Positions 16,031 to 33,540 are shown, counted from the stretch's first letter. The stretch is 64,000 nt of DNA from the human T2T-CHM13v2.0 reference genome, Homo sapiens (GCF_009914755.1 NC_060926.1); one strand, 5' to 3'. Notes: generated by a model not told the origin, from the sequence alone. Program-made: numbers and translations.

Positions 16031-16434
16031 AGTTGACCTAATTTCAATGTTGTTTTGTCTCAGTGAATAGGGAGGACCAAAGAGAGGGAGAAGAGATGGG
16101 GTATCAGCCAGTTGGTGGTGCAATCAGAACACCTACAGCATTTATCAACTAAGTTCACTGTCTTATATGGGTGTGATTTGTGGTCCCCTAAAACAATTAC
16201 AGTGGTAAAGATCACTGATTGCAGATCACCATCACCAGACATAATAATGAAAGAGTTTGAAATATTGCAAGAATTACCAAACTATTACACAGAGACATGA
16301 AGTGAGCACATGTTGGGAAAATGGTACTGATCGATATGCTTGACTCAAGAGTTGCCACAAACCTTCAATTTGTTAAAAAAAAAAAAAAAAAAAAGAAAGA
16401 AAGAAAGAGAAAAGCAATGTCTCTGAAGTGCATA

Positions 16435-16760
16435 TAGGTTGAGTATTTTTTACCCAAAATGTGTGAGACCAGAAGTGTATTGGATTTTTTCAGATTTTGG
16501 AATATTGAAATATCTTTGGGATGAGACCCAAATTTAAACAGGAAATTTATTTGTTTCATGTGTACCTTATACTCATAGCCTAAAGGGAATTTTATACACT
16601 ATTTTAAATAATTGTTTGCATAAAACAAAGTTTTGACTGCAACTCATCATGTAAGTTCAGGTGTGGAATTTTCTACTTGTATTGTTAAGTTGGTGCTCAA
16701 AACTGTTGGATTTTGAAGCATTTTGGATTTCACATTTTCAGATTAGGTATACACAACCTG
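16435..16760 (-). mobile_element. Tigger4 (Zombi/MER46-type)
   Basis: Ends taggttgagtat..aaatgtgtgagaccagaagtgt and ttttcagattaggtatacacaacctg. Confidence 0.8.
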
Positions 16761-17279
16761 TGTGTGTTCCTGTATAGTACTAAGGGGGAAAAGTACCTAT
16801 TTTTAAATGAATATCCTCTGCAAAATAACATTCATATATTTAACATAGTTCAATTGTGTTATTTTTACTAAGCCATGTTCACATGTATAGAGCACAATAG
16901 AAATACCTCTAACACTGAACAAATCCAAGTTACAGTTTTTGTTTTCACTTTGTATACCTTGTTTTTTTCTAAATGTCAGTTCTTTTCTCATTCTCCTTTT
17001 GTTAGGTCTTGCTGTCCTTTCATTTTTTAACTCCTCGTCATTTAAACTAAAAAGAATCTGTTATCTGTATTTTTCATTGTCCAGTTGCTATAATATGGTT
17101 TTGTCAAGAGGCATTATTCAACCAGATATTTATATTATAAGCATATTATCTGTAAGATGAAATAAAAGATTTCATCCCCTATAATGACATACCAAGCATC
17201 AAACTGGCAGATGATAACTAATTTGAGGGAAGAGGGTAATGTAAATGCTTAAGTTACACTATGGTTACTATATGACCAT

Positions 17280-17557
17280 GAGACGGCGTCTCACTCTGTA
17301 GCCCAGGCTAGAGTGCAGTGCTGCAGTCTTGGCTCACCACAACCTCCACCTCCCAGGTTCAAGCAATTCTTTTGCCTCAGCCTCCCGAGTAGCTGGGATT
17401 ACAAGTGTGTGCCACCATGCTGCTAGTATTTATATTTCTAGTAGAGATGGGGTTTCACCATGTTGGCTAGGCTGGTCTCAAGCTCCTGACCTCAAGTGAT
17501 CTGCCTGCCTCAGGCCTCCCAAAGTGCTGGGATTACAGGTGTGAGCCACTGTCCCTG
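17280..17557 (-). mobile_element. Alu
   Basis: Reverse Alu consensus. Confidence 0.94.
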
Positions 17558-17659
17558 GTCTAAATGTTTTAAAGCAATGGGAATGGAATGTGAGGAGATC
17601 AAAAGTAAAAGACCACCAACTTGGGGAGGATACAGTCTCTGTAATATGTAAAATGGATG

Positions 17660-18110
17660 ATTAATTTTTGTGTATGGTGTGAGATAGGGGTTCAGATTTA
17701 TTTTTATACGTGAATATCTAGTTTTCTGCACCATTAGTTGAAAAGACTGTTCTTTCCCCCATTGAATTGTCTTGGCACTGTAGTTGAAAATCGATTGATC
17801 AAAAAATGTGGTTATTTCTGGACTTTCAATTCTATTTCGTTGATTTATATGTGTGTCTTTATGCCAGTGCCACACTGTTTGATTATGTACCTTTGTAGCA
17901 AGTTTTGAAATGAGAGCTCCAATTCTGTTCTTCTTTTTCGAGTTTTTTTTTTTTTCTTTTTGCCTTTGGCTATTCCAGATCCCATTTATTATTCTATATA
18001 GTTTAGGGTCAGGTTGCCAGTTTCTGCAAAGAAGCCAGCTTGGATTTTAATTGGGATTGTGTCAAATATGTAAGTCAATGTGGATAGTATTGCCATTTAA
18101 AAAATATTAA
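17660..18110 (-). mobile_element. L1M ORF2 remnant
   Basis: Minus translation WHWHKDTHINQRNRIESPEI..IF..SAKTIQWGKE resembles the L1 ORF2 C-terminal region. Confidence 0.88.
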
Positions 18111-18129
18111 ATGAGAAATTTTAAAAAAT

Positions 18130-18448
18130 ATTTAATGATTAATAAGAATGATAAACATTGCAAGTTTACATGATACCATATTTTGTACAAAATAACTTAA
18201 AAAAGAAGAATCCCATTGTTTTAACATTTTTGCAAATTTCCTTAATGTCTGGCTTAACCGAAGAAGATGGCTGGGTTCACATACCTGCTTTTGCATTCAC
18301 TCTGATATATGTGGTTTGGGTTGAAATATAAGAAGACAATTTTGGCCAAACATAGATACAAAGATAAAAAGGGGAGGACCTCATGAACTTTTTGAAAGGA
18401 TCTTGGTGACCCTGCAGTGGTCCTCAGACCACACTTAGAGAACCACAT
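18130..18448. mobile_element. Charlie1-type hAT fragment
   Basis: catttttgcaaatttccttaatgtctggcttaa..gaagatggctgg and terminal cagaccacacttagagaaccac. Confidence 0.7.
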
Positions 18449-18459
18449 GTTGAATGGAA

Positions 18460-18690
18460 ACAAGTATGTGTTTGGAAACTCAGAGACCTAATTGAAATTC
18501 ACAGCTCTGCCTCTTAACAACTGAACAAGTTAAGTTACTTAGCCTCTCAGTCTGTTTCTTCATTTATAAAATGAAGATAATGACATCTCCTTTTAGGGAT
18601 TTTGTAAGGAGGAAACAAGATAATGCCTGTAAATGTTTTGGTATGTGGAAACCGCTAAAGAAATTATGCTGTTTTCATTCATTTATATTT
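18460..18690. mobile_element. MIR
   Basis: aagttacttagcctctcagtctgtttcttcatttataaaatgaagataatg core. Confidence 0.75.
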
Positions 18691-19197
18691 GTCGACCTCT
18701 CGCTATAGGATTAGCTAATTTTTTTCCAGTGAAAGGTACAAATAGTTGGGAAATGAGAGAGGTTGGAATTTTAAATATACTTATGTAGTAAAAACACATC
18801 ATATAGACATTCAGCTGTCAATTGTTGACTCCCAAAAAAGGACACCAGAAAAAATGTGTTGATCAAAGTTGTATTTATTAGATTTACTGGAATAGGGGCA
18901 AACACAACTTGACAAAGTCTTAGTAGTCTCAACATGAAAACTTTAGTTTTTTATAGTGGTATTTACAGTGAGCTGAGCTGTATTCATATAGTTTCCTATT
19001 ATCCGGCCTTTTAACTACAAATGTTATTGAACAAGTAAAGGAAAGGGAAGGGCTAACAAAAAAAGGTAAAAATTTCCAGAAATGGAGGAATAAAATTAGT
19101 AGCACCTTTAAAACCATTTGCCACTCACCCTAATCCCACTATCAACTGTTGAAGAATGAAAGAAACTGCAAAAATTCTCCATTAAATTAGAGCACAG

Positions 19198-19495
<298 letters not shown>

Positions 19496-19724
19496 GAGCA
19501 TAGTGCTTTAGCATGTATTTTCCCTGTTAAAATTAATAAAATGTAAATAACCCCACCTCCTTAATGATTCCATAAATACTGACCCAAATCATATACAAAG
19601 TTCTAAAAAATAAATTCCTGTGGTTAAAACTCTGTATTATTCCAATGGTAATTTTAATTTTGAATGTATCTGCAAAACTAAAGTGATAGGATTGTTGCCC
19701 ACCCAGGACGTTATGGATTCACTC

Positions 19725-20090
19725 AGCATTCATTCATGAAATATTCGTTGATAATTTACTATGTGCCGTGTACTGCCTATATAAAGCAGAGAGTACTTGC
19801 CCTTATGGATTTTATTTTCTAGTGAGTGAGACAAAGAATGAAATATTTAAGTATAATATAGTGTCAGATAGAAACTATTGCAATGATTTTAAAAAAGGAG
19901 GTTGAGGTTAGAACATGATGGAATGGAGCGTAGGGCCTGTTTTACACAAGGTAGTCAGAGCAACATCTCTTGACATTCAAGCAAACACTTGAATGAAATG
20001 AAGGAAAAAGCCATGAGATATATCAGGGAAGAATATTTTGGATGGAAGGAACAGAAAGTACGAAGGCCATGAAAGAAGTACACACTTGGA
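19725..20090 (-). mobile_element. L2 3' fragment
   Basis: cattcattcatgaaatattcgttgat..tactatgtgcc resembles the reverse L2 3' end. Confidence 0.7.
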
Positions 20091-21239
20091 TGAAGTTGCA
20101 GGTACACTTGTTTACTGAAGTTCAGCAGTGTTTTCCTGTAGACAATTGGGAATTAAAATAAAAAGTACATAAAGAATACTGGAGGTGTGGTTCTGGGCTG
20201 TCAGCTAGGTGTATTCATTAGTTACGTGAATCATTCCCACAGTAGTCTCTTCATCCCAAATGTAGTGGATTTGGGGGGACACTTGTGACGTCTAAACACC
20301 AATCTTTAATCTCCATATATCAAGGATTTCCTGTCTTCTTAGTGTTTAAACAAAAGATGCCATAGTTTTTCTTAAACAAAAGTACCTGTGTTTAGACAGA
20401 CTGATAAATCTTAGCTATTAGAATGTGAGAAGTCATCCGATCCAACCTCAGTGGTGTGGGACGCATCCAGGGGCAATCACCTGGGCAGCTTTTCCTAAAA
20501 TTGTGTGCTTTTCCTTGTCTGTCTTCTTCCAGGGGATATCAGAATAGGGGAAGAGGAGATGCCTGGCTCATGCCTTTCGAGCAAGTGCCTGTGGGTATCT
20601 GAAATCAGGCAGATAATGTTTTTATTCTTTGCTTGAACTATTCTAGTGACAAGAGCGCATTCCTAAGAGAATGTTTGTCTCCACATTGTATTTCTTTGTT
20701 TCAGGGTCTGAAGATTACCAGATAAATTTTTGTTCTGTTCTCTTTTTTGTTCTTTTTTTGGATATAGGGAGGAAGGCGATAGGCAGGGGAGAGGAAATCG
20801 ACCTGGTCCCAGACACAAGTGAGATGTTATCCTAAAAGTGCATCAGTGTCAATGTCACCTGTGCCCTCTTCCCTTCCCTTCCTCTCCACCCTGAAGAGAA
20901 TAGAATAGATGGGATGGGAATAGGGATGGGAGACTTTGTTTGCACTCAAGACCCTCCAGCCTGGCTCAGTTGTGCTAAAAAGAGGAAATGGTGGACAATA
21001 ATTCTATAAATGTCCTCAGTAAGTAATTATCTCCCCTTTATATTCCCCTTGGCTGTTTGGCACCCTTCTTAGGCTTATCAGGTTGTATTACATATTGTTG
21101 CTGACTAAGATGCTAGAACCAGTACCCAAAGCACATGAGATGTTATCACAGAGCCAGGCAACCAGACCATGATGTTATCTGTGTGATTTTAGTTTTTGTC
21201 TTACTCAGGATGGTTTGACCACAGAAAAGAAATGGTTAC

Positions 21240-21531
<292 letters not shown>

Positions 21532-22160
21532 TAAGATCATTTTAATAAGTTGATTTGAGAAAGAAGATGGTCAGATTGGTTTTGTCTCGAGTAATTTTGA
21601 TAACTCCTCCATCTTTTGAACTCAGACACCTATCATATTGTTCAGTATGCTTGACAAATTATAAACATTTTGGTGGAAGGCATGGGATAGAAAACTGAGC
21701 CTGTGTAGAACTTAACTACATTTCTAAAATTAAATTAATTTTTTAGAACTTTTTTTAAGTAGCATTTTTAAAAATCAAAACAGTACATGCACATAGAAAT
21801 CAGTATGGTGGGTCTGCATTTGACTATCATTCTCATCCTCTGTTTTATCATCAGGATTCATGAGTTACTTGAAGAGAATGTTTCTAGCACCAAAAATCAA
21901 ATGAATTTTTTTAATGCTTCCATCAGTTTATCAGAATTATGTCACATTGTTACTTCTTATGACTGTCTTCGATTTTTTTTTCTGGAGTTTCTAATTGTCT
22001 TTTTTTTTTTTTTCTGGTTGACAAGCAATAGTGCACCATCAGCATATCCTCAAGATTATCCAGTCTGTGTTTCCATGAGATTTTTCTCCTGGAATCTTAT
22101 GTCCCGCTCACAGGTCTCATTCCTTCACTGCCCTACTAGGTTGAATCAACTGTTTGCTGA

Positions 22161-22595
<435 letters not shown>

Positions 22596-22939
22596 GAAGT
22601 CTTTTTTCTGACATCAGACTTGATTGATGCATAGAATGCTAAGTACAGAATCATATTCCTTTTGTACTTAGACATATTTCTAGTGTCTTCTAACATCTAG
22701 ATTGCTGTTAAGAGACCTGTTGCCAATCTGATATTTCATTTTATTTTGAAATTTTCCAAACGTACACAAAATTTGATAAATTACTCAATTTTACAGTTAA
22801 CCTTTTGCTCTTTTTGCTTTCTGCCATATTAATCCATGTTTTATGCATTTTAAATTAAGTTGCAGGTATTATAATAGTATACATCACCCCTAAACACTTG
22901 GACATGCATATGATTAACTAGAGTTGAATGTTTGATTGC

Positions 22940-23350
22940 TTTTTAAAGGCACATATGCATTTAGAAAAATGCACAAATCATAAATATGTCATTCAATTAG
23001 TTTTTGACAAATTGTATACATGTCTACAACCCATACATCCATTGAGATATAGAACATTGCTGTCACCCAAGAAAGTTCCCTCATTCTCTTTCCCAGTCAT
23101 CGCCCCCCCACCCCATACCCCAAGAGGCAACAACCAAAATTTCCGATTCTTTTCCATCATATATTTGGCTGTCTAGGATTTACATAAATGAAATGATACA
23201 GTATATACTCTGTGTAGGGCTTCTTCCATTCAACATGTTTTTCAGATTTATCCATTTTTGCACATATGAATATCCTTTTTATTACAGAATCGTATTTTAT
23301 TATATAAATACACAGTTAATTTTTCCTTTCTGTTGATGGCTTCCAGTATT
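22940..23350 (-). mobile_element. L1M (L1ME/MB-type) 3' fragment
   Basis: tagaacattgctgtcacccaagaaagttccc..ataaatgaaatgatacagtat. Confidence 0.7.
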
Positions 23351-23735
23351 GTTTCTATTTAGTAATTTAAGAATGTTTTAAATCTTCGAATAAGAAATAC
23401 CTGCTAACATGCAGTGCACAAAAATCTACTTCTTAGTCCTACATTTCTTTATTCCTAGTTTTTGAAATTTTGTTAATACAAAATTCAGTCAATTTAATAC
23501 TGTCAAACGTTTTATGATTTCTTGTTCTCAGTAATAAGAGCAGGAAGAAGATTATTTAAAGTCATCCCCTTTTTAAAAAAGTTTTGAACATTTGTATTGA
23601 AACTAGAATTAACCTTTCTAACTCTTAATTGACTTTAGGTAAATAGGTGTTTATATTAATTAGGTGTAATTAAGTATGTATCTTTCCTAGAATGCATTTA
23701 TATGCATATGCAGCATATGAAGTCATTTAATTTTA

Positions 23736-24110
<375 letters not shown>

Positions 24111-24179
24111 ACAAAATGGGGTCTTGCTATATTGCTGAGGCTGAACTGAAACTCCTGGGCTCAAGGGATACCCAGCTTA

Positions 24180-24430
24180 TATAGTTCCTTTTATATGATA
24201 TATTCACAGTGGGCAAATCCAGAGACAGAAAACAGGTTAGAGTTTACCAGGAGTTGGGGGAAGGAAAAAAATAGTTATTCCTTAAATGGAATGGGTGTTT
24301 TACGGGGTAATGAAAAAGTTTTGAAACTAGAGATAGCTGGTAGAGACAAACATTGTGAATAGACTAAATACTACTGAATTGTACCTTTAAAAATGGTCAA
24401 TTGTGTTTGATTTTCACCTCATTTAAATAA
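24180..24430 (+). mobile_element. L1MB 3' end
   Basis: ggcaaatccagagacagaaa..tgaaaaagttttgaaactaga..actgaattgtacctttaaaaatgg. Confidence 0.8.
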
Positions 24431-26660
24431 GAATACATTACATATGTATTTCCCTTGACACAAAGATGTGTAACTTTTGTATTATAAATTTTCCTTTGTT
24501 CTTTGGTAAAGATTATTGTCAGTTCTACTTTTCATAGCTTTTGGAATGGCAGTTTATATTCATAAGACCCAAGTTTAAAATCTTTTCATGATCTGGAATG
24601 TCTTTTCCAGCTGAAGTTTTGTTAAGTCCATATGATAAATTACAAATGAAATATTTTGGTTGTCATTCTATGTTACACGAACTATTTTTTTACACACTCC
24701 ACAGCTTTTTGTGAGTGTTGATTTTCTTTTTTAATGAATGCTGATTTTGAAAATTAAAGCAAAGAAAGGGTAAAGGGTGTTTTTAGTCTAGCATTTAAGT
24801 TTTATTTGTGATATATGGAAATTTCTTTATGCCTTTTCTTAGGCAAGCAGCTTTCATACAGCTACTCTACCATGTTTTTGTTGCATTTACCTTGCTACTG
24901 AAATGGAGAACCCAATGGTAAAATAGGTGGCAGTTTAAGAGAATTGACTTAAATGTTAAGTTTGTATCACTTGTACTTCATTAGCATTTAACACCTATAC
25001 TGTAATTTTAGAAAGGGCTTATCTTTTCTCATGTCATTTTTTTCTTGGCTTATGTGGCATTTGTGAAAATGCTTACAGAAATACTGGTCCTACGATAAGG
25101 GGTAATTGGTGTTCTTGTTTGTGAAAGTCACACCAAGGTCACAGAAATGGCTACTGATTAAATTGTTTCCATCATCAAAGATATACCTCTGCTCATGACT
25201 TAGTGGAGATCTATTTGAGTCAAAATTTCAATATAAAATATTGTGCCTTCTTTCTTTTTTCTCCTCTTTCTACTTGTCCTCCTCTTATAAAAGTTCAACT
25301 TTATGCTTGTATCAAGTATAAATCATTTTAGGAATCAAGTCAATTAATGTGCCTTTATCCCCAAAATTTAATGGGTTTATTAGGGAAATTTTCAAAATGG
25401 ATAGCTTGTCAGGCATACTACAATTATACTTCGTATTTTGTTCAGACTTTGTAATGTTCTTAGAATTGTTAGTTGCTTACAGCAAATTACATATGCACTT
25501 AGAAGACCTTCTGTCTTGACTCAAGTCATGAAGGTTAAGAAAAAAATAAATCCATCCACCAGTGGACAAGGGACCTATACCATGTAATCCAAATTTGTAA
25601 GTTATATATAGACAGGTGGCTGAGGAAATCTATAATTTCCTCATTGATAATAGTTTTAAGATCATAGGCACAGAGTAGTGATTCCCTGCCATTCTATCGT
25701 TAACACTTTTATCTAGCCAATGCATGGCAGTAGGTTAGTAGGAGATGCAGGCAAACTGACAAGTTTGTTTTTCCTCATAGAAAATTAGAAACAAAATTAG
25801 AAGTGGGAGAGGCTGCCCGCTGTAGCTGCACTAGCAGCAGGAACTGATAACTAAAATCAAAGAAGGAAAGAGAATTATAAAAGGTATTAAGTAGTTTAAA
25901 ACTATTCGGGACCATTTAGCACAGAATAAATTGTCCATGTACCTAGTAGAATGAAAAACTGCCAAGGTTATTCTATTGCACTCTGGTATTTTGTTTTTAA
26001 AACAATAATGAAAAAAAAACAGTGCAACAGTCATCTAGAAAATATACTTATTCTTTGACTATGCCAAGTAATTAAGATATTACGAAATAATTGAGTGTAC
26101 ATTAAAAGTTAAATCACGTTGAATTGCATAGGAACACTGATAGTTATTTCAAACTCACATTAGTGAAGTAGTATATAATTTATAGTTTTGTCGTTTTACA
26201 TTGTGGGGTATTAGGAGAATCTTTTCAAATGGAATTCCTAGAGTGATTGCTGTTTGAGATCGGGGGGTGTATCTTTCTGGTTTCTTTCTAGTTCTATAGC
26301 TTTTTAAATTTTTTGAGTGAAATGTCAAAAATTATTGTAAACTGATTTGAGAGTTGTTTTCATTATCTGATTCATTAAGCTTCAGATTTTAACTCAGTAT
26401 TACCTTGAAGGCAAATGTTTATTTTAATATGAAAATGATAGTTCATTTGTTGATGCTAGTATTTATGACTGTATCATAAATTAACATGAGCTGCTTAGAG
26501 TCTAATTGCAAAATTGAAAAGTTAGCATAAATTATCCATCATATAAATGAAAAATAATTTCAGTTTATTTAGTAAAGAAGTTTTTGTGTCTAATGTGCAA
26601 GGGATTTTGCTTTCAGCATTGTAAGATTTAATAGTAAAATATATGCTGTAATAATTATGA

Positions 26661-27047
<387 letters not shown>

Positions 27048-27397
27048 TAGACTAAGTCAACAACCAGTGATAGCTTCACAATTTCTAATGAGTGACTTGA
27101 GAGTGACAATCTGATAGTTGACCCTAGGTACTTTTTTCACAGCAAAAATACTATATTTATTTAGATTGTATATTAATTAAGGGAGGCTTTAGAGGAAGTT
27201 GATAGAGATATTGGTTCTTAAAAAGCCCAGGTCATCATTGGCACTCCAGTTTAAGTTAGCTTTCTTCACTGTAATGACTTGAAAAAGTAGAGTTGTTAGA
27301 AATTTGTAATTTCTTACTCATTGTGCAAACCAGGACATATTTTTAAATGAAGTAAATTTTGTGAAGTGGAACAGTTTGATAGGTAGTTTGTTGTTAA

Positions 27398-27694
<297 letters not shown>

Positions 27695-28194
27695 TAACAT
27701 TGCTTGGCATCCATTCTATGAATAGATTTCTTGGCTATCTAGATTATGTTTGCTTAGATATTTGAAAGAGTCTTTCTGAACTAAAGTTCAGGCAAATGGG
27801 AGGAAATTCAGTATTTCATACTGAAATGAAGTACAACCCTCTGTTCCTTTTTTATAAAGTGGCATTTGTGCTTTTTAGGATCACAATATGTTGTGGCAAA
27901 AGGCAAACAGCAGTGATTTGTACAAAATTTCAGCAGATCCAGATTAGCAATAATAATGTTTCCAAGTCATCACCATGGAAAGAGGAGTAGGAAGGAATTG
28001 AGATGTGTAGCAGTTGCAGAAATCAGGGATTCAGGAGCATCAAAATATTTGAATGTCGGTCAAGCTGATGCCCGATCAAGCACTGTTATAAGAAGGTTTC
28101 AAAATGTGATGTTTTTACAAGTTTGTATATAACCTGACTTATATGAATCATGTTGAAAGTGGCCGATGTTAATATTCTGCTATTCTGCTGAGGT

Positions 28195-29150
<956 letters not shown>

Positions 29151-29154
29151 GCTG

Positions 29155-29438
29155 TGGATTAGGGGTGGGCCCCTATTTCAATATATTAATAACTGGTGTC
29201 TATAAAAAGGGGAAATTTGGAGACCGTTATTCATACAGGAAAAATGCCACATGAACATGAAAATGGCCATTTACAAGCCAAGGATAGAGGCCTGGAACAG
29301 ATCCTACTTGACCATTTTAAGGAACCAACCCTGCCAACACCTTGATTTTACCCTCAGAACTGTGCAAAGTTAAATTTTTGTTGTTTAAGCTACCCAGTTT
29401 GTCATACTTTGTCACAGAAGCCCTCGCAAACTACTACA
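29155..29438 (+). mobile_element. MLT1 (MLT1A/B-like) MaLR LTR fragment
   Basis: aaaaggggaaatttggaga..caagccaagga..ggaaccaaccctgccaacaccttgatt..ccctcgcaaactactaca. Confidence 0.8.
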
Positions 29439-29544
29439 TAAGTGGTCCATGTCCATTCTGTCCTAGCAAATAGGCAAACTTCTTTTGTTTTGATGACACA
29501 CACTCCTGCTGTGACATACAGTAGTAAACTTAAAAGTAAAATAA

Positions 29545-29849
<305 letters not shown>

Positions 29850-30930
29850 TCATCTGTCCTGACGGAAATACAAATCAAAGCCATAGTGAGATACCTTTGT
29901 GTCTATAATTACAAAAATCAGATAATAACAACAGTTGAAAAGGATGTAGACAAATTGGAATCCTCATATACTGCCAGTAGGAGTGTAAAGGGTGTGGTCA
30001 TTTTGGTGAGTCTGGAAGTTCCTCAATTTGTTAAACACTTAAATAAGTAAACATGAGTTACCCTGTGACCCAGGAATTCCACTCCTAGGTATATAACCAA
30101 GGGAAATGAAAATATGACCAAACAAAACTGTACACCAACGTTTATAGCAGCACTATTTATCGTAGTGAAAAAGTAGAAACAACCCAAATGTCCGTCAACT
30201 GATGAATGGATAAGCAAAATGTAATATCCATGCAGTAGAACATTGTATGACAATACGAAGCAATGAAGGGCCAGGCGAGTGGCTCATATCTGTAATCCTA
30301 GCACTTTGAGATGCCAAGGCGGGAGGATCCCTTGTGTCCAGGAATTTGAGATCAGCTGGGGCAACATAATTTCTACAGAAATTAAAAAAATTAGCTGGGC
30401 ATGGTGGCATACATTTGTGGTCCCAGCTACGTGGGAAGCTGAGGCAGGAAGATCACTTTAGCCCAGGAGGTTGAGGCTGCAGTGAGCCATGATCTTGCCA
30501 CTGTACTCCAACCTGTGCAGTGGAACAAGACCCTGTCCCAAGTGGGGGGATGGGGGGAGGGAAGGGAAGGAATGAAGTGTTGACACATGTTCCAATGTGA
30601 ATGAACCTTGAAAACATGCTAAGTAAAAGAAGACAGTTACAAAGGACCATGTACTGTATGATTCCAGGCATACAAAATGTCCAGAATAGGCAAATCTATA
30701 GAGACACAAAGTAAATTAGTGGTTGCCTTGGGCTGGGAGAATGGAGGGGATTAGCAGGTGATGACTAAGAGCAGTGGGGTTGTTTTTTGTGGTAATAAAA
30801 ATGTTCTAAAATTGATTGTAGTGAGGGTCACACTACTCCGAATATACAAAAGCCATTTAATGGCTTTTATACCATTCGGTAGTAATATGCCATTGTATGG
30901 TATGTGAATAATATCTCAGTAGAGTGGTTT
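29850..30930 (+). mobile_element. L1MB 3' region with AluJ inserted at ~30268-30545
   Basis: gacccaggaattccactcctaggtatata..caacccaaatgtccgtcaactgatgaatggataa..gtccagaataggcaaatctatagagac. Confidence 0.88.
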
Positions 30931-31045
30931 TTTGAAAACACTAGAACATATATGATCAAAAAATGAAAAAATCAACTAGACCTGGTAATCTGTGTTTAAG
31001 AGTAGCAGTTGATTGATCATTTATTATGCATGTGCTATGTCAGAC

Positions 31046-31340
31046 TTTTTTTTTTTTTTTGAGATGGAGTCTCGCTCTGTCCCCCAGGCTGGAGTGCAGT
31101 GGCGCAATCTTGGCTCACTACAAGCCCTGACTCCCGGGTTCACGCCATTCTCCTGCCTCAGCCTCACGAGTAGCTGGGACTACAAGCACCCACCACCACA
31201 CCCGGCTAATTTTTTGTATTTTTAGTAGAGACAGGGTTTCACCGTGTTAGCCAGGATGGTCTCAATCTCCTGACCTCTTGATCTGCCCGCCTCGGCCTCC
31301 CAAAGTGCTGGGATTACAGGCATGAGCCACCGGGCCTAGC
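31046..31340 (-). mobile_element. Alu (AluY-like)
   Basis: ccgggttcacgccattctcc, caccgtgttagccaggatggtc. Confidence 0.95.
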
Positions 31341-32684
31341 CCAAAACTGTCATTTTGAAGCAACACTTACTAGAATTCATATAGAAAAAAAAAACTATTA
31401 AAATTCCTCTGCTTAGATTCTCTAGGTCTTACAACTTTATCAGCTACCTGTTTACCTAGATCATATTGCTCTAGCATCCTTTTTTTTTAAACCCAAAGAA
31501 TTCTTCACTGATCTTGCTTATTTTAGAAATATTTTTAGCTTTACTTGTAAGAAAGGTACTGCTCTTTAAAGATTGAAGAGCATAAGATGAAGACTGAAAT
31601 GTGGGATCTTACTGCCTTTTTTCTTTCTTAATCAGTGACTTTTAAACCTCTATGAAGATCCAGATCTAGAATTCTAGGACAAGTGCCCTTGTGGTTCTAC
31701 TTACTCTACGGTGGTAATTAGCAATTTAGTAACCTTAAGGAAGTATTTTGTTGTTAGTTTATTGCTCTTTTTTTCCTCTACTAATTTTACTTTTTTTTTC
31801 CTTTTTACTGTCCATATTTAACGTAAGTATATCCTTTGTATCTTTTTCTTCCCATACTATAACAAGGGTCTTGAAACTCTTTATCTCTGATTATTCTACT
31901 CCTGCACTTTAAATTGTAAGTGATACAAATCCAAAGCATACAAACTCAACAAAACAGGAGTCAGAGAATTTACTAAACTCATCGAATGCCAGGTCCAGAA
32001 GTTAAGAGGCAGCCAGGTTCAGGTCTCAGATGGTGTAATCCGAGTCTTATTTCTTCTCCACAGGTATTCTGTAGACAGCTTCTTTCATGTTGCCAGGAAA
32101 AATTGGTTACTATAAATCCTGACTTACTTGGTCCTTATGGCTCTTGATCCCGATAGCAGTGAGCCAGTGGCAAGGATGATCATATGGCATATTCTGAATG
32201 ACCCAGCTTAAGTCACATGTTCAACATTGAACTGTGGCCAGGGACTGGAGTATAGTTCATGTCTAGGTCATGTTCTCACTCCTGGGGCTGGAAGTGGAAC
32301 TTAACTGCCAGGCAAGGCTGCTGACATTGAGTGATATTATTACCAGGAGAGGTGGAGGAACAAGGTATTCAAGAGACAAAAATAATAGAGGCTAGTAAGT
32401 GTAGTTAGTATACATTGAACAAAAAACATGGGCCCATGTACAAAGGAATGACATCAGATCTTAGAATACATTAAAACTATGTAATTCTTTGAGTTGCATG
32501 GAGCCCACAGTGCTAGAGAAGTACGTATTTTAAGAGATACAGTGGATAATGATAAATGATAATGGGGCTAAAAGTAATAAAACATTAGAAATATCGAGTT
32601 ATAGATTAATTGGTTCAAGTGTAATGCCAATTCTTTAAGCACACATCATAAGCAGCTGATACGAAAACATCAGTTTTCACACAT

Positions 32685-32878
32685 TGGTACCATCCAATAG
32701 AGTTGTATACAGTGATGGAATTGTTTCGTATCTGCACTGCTCAACATGGTGGCCACTAGCCATATATGCCTGCTGAGCAGTTGAAATGTGTCTAGTGTAA
32801 CTAAAGAACTGAATTTTTAATTATATTTAGTACTGAACAGCTGTATGTGGCTGGTAGCTACCTTATTAGACAGCACAA
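32685..32878. mobile_element. MER3 (hAT-Charlie MITE)
   Basis: tccaatagag..tatctgcactgctcaacatggtggccactagcc..gtggctggtagctaccttattagacagcac. Confidence 0.75.
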
Positions 32879-33540
32879 CTATCTAAATTTGGAACAACTT
32901 GATCAATATCCTGCCTCCTATATTTAATTTAAGATATTGGGGAGTTTTACAAACCTTGCTTGCTGTTGTTTTCCCATTTGTAAAATGAGAGTAAATATCT
33001 TATAATAAATAACCTTAGTGGGTTATTTTAAGGATTAATTGACTTAATCCATGTAAATGTGCCTGGCACTCACCTAGCATTTAGCATTTAAGTGTTAGTC
33101 TTTATTGTCATTGTTATATCACTACCTTAGAATGGGAGCTAAAGAAATGAGTAGCCAGTAATCCAACAGTTAAAAATTTTATTGAACATCTTTGGAGCTG
33201 TAGCAGTTGAACAGTTTATTAATGTGTATATTATTATGGACTGAGTACAGAATATGTAGTTTGGGGAGATTTAGGGATGAACATTTCAGTACTGTCTTGG
33301 CAATTTAAAATTTTTATCAAACAAAGGTTTCTGTACATATTTCATGGTGATTTGGTCAGTATTTTGTTTCTAAGGTGGTTAAATGTGTTTTTAAACTTTT
33401 AAAATGATAATCATCTTCCTTTTAGGATTCCTTAAGGGTTTTCTTCTCTGAAAGTCAAAATGTAATTTAAAAAGTTTAAAGGGTTACTACTTTTTAGCCT
33501 GTCTTAACTTTAAAATTGTTTTACAAAAACTTAAAACTAA

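Larger units (their letters stand above)
14067..16772 (-). mobile_element. Tigger1, internally deleted, with two Alus and a Tigger4 nested
   Basis: End caggcacacctaggagatactgcgagttcagttccagac; minus ORF 14292-14558 (FERSST..MLSNS..CYREIF..LPQP..PPAKRL..AEGSDD) resembles the Tigger1/TIGD1 transposase C-terminus. Confidence 0.88.
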
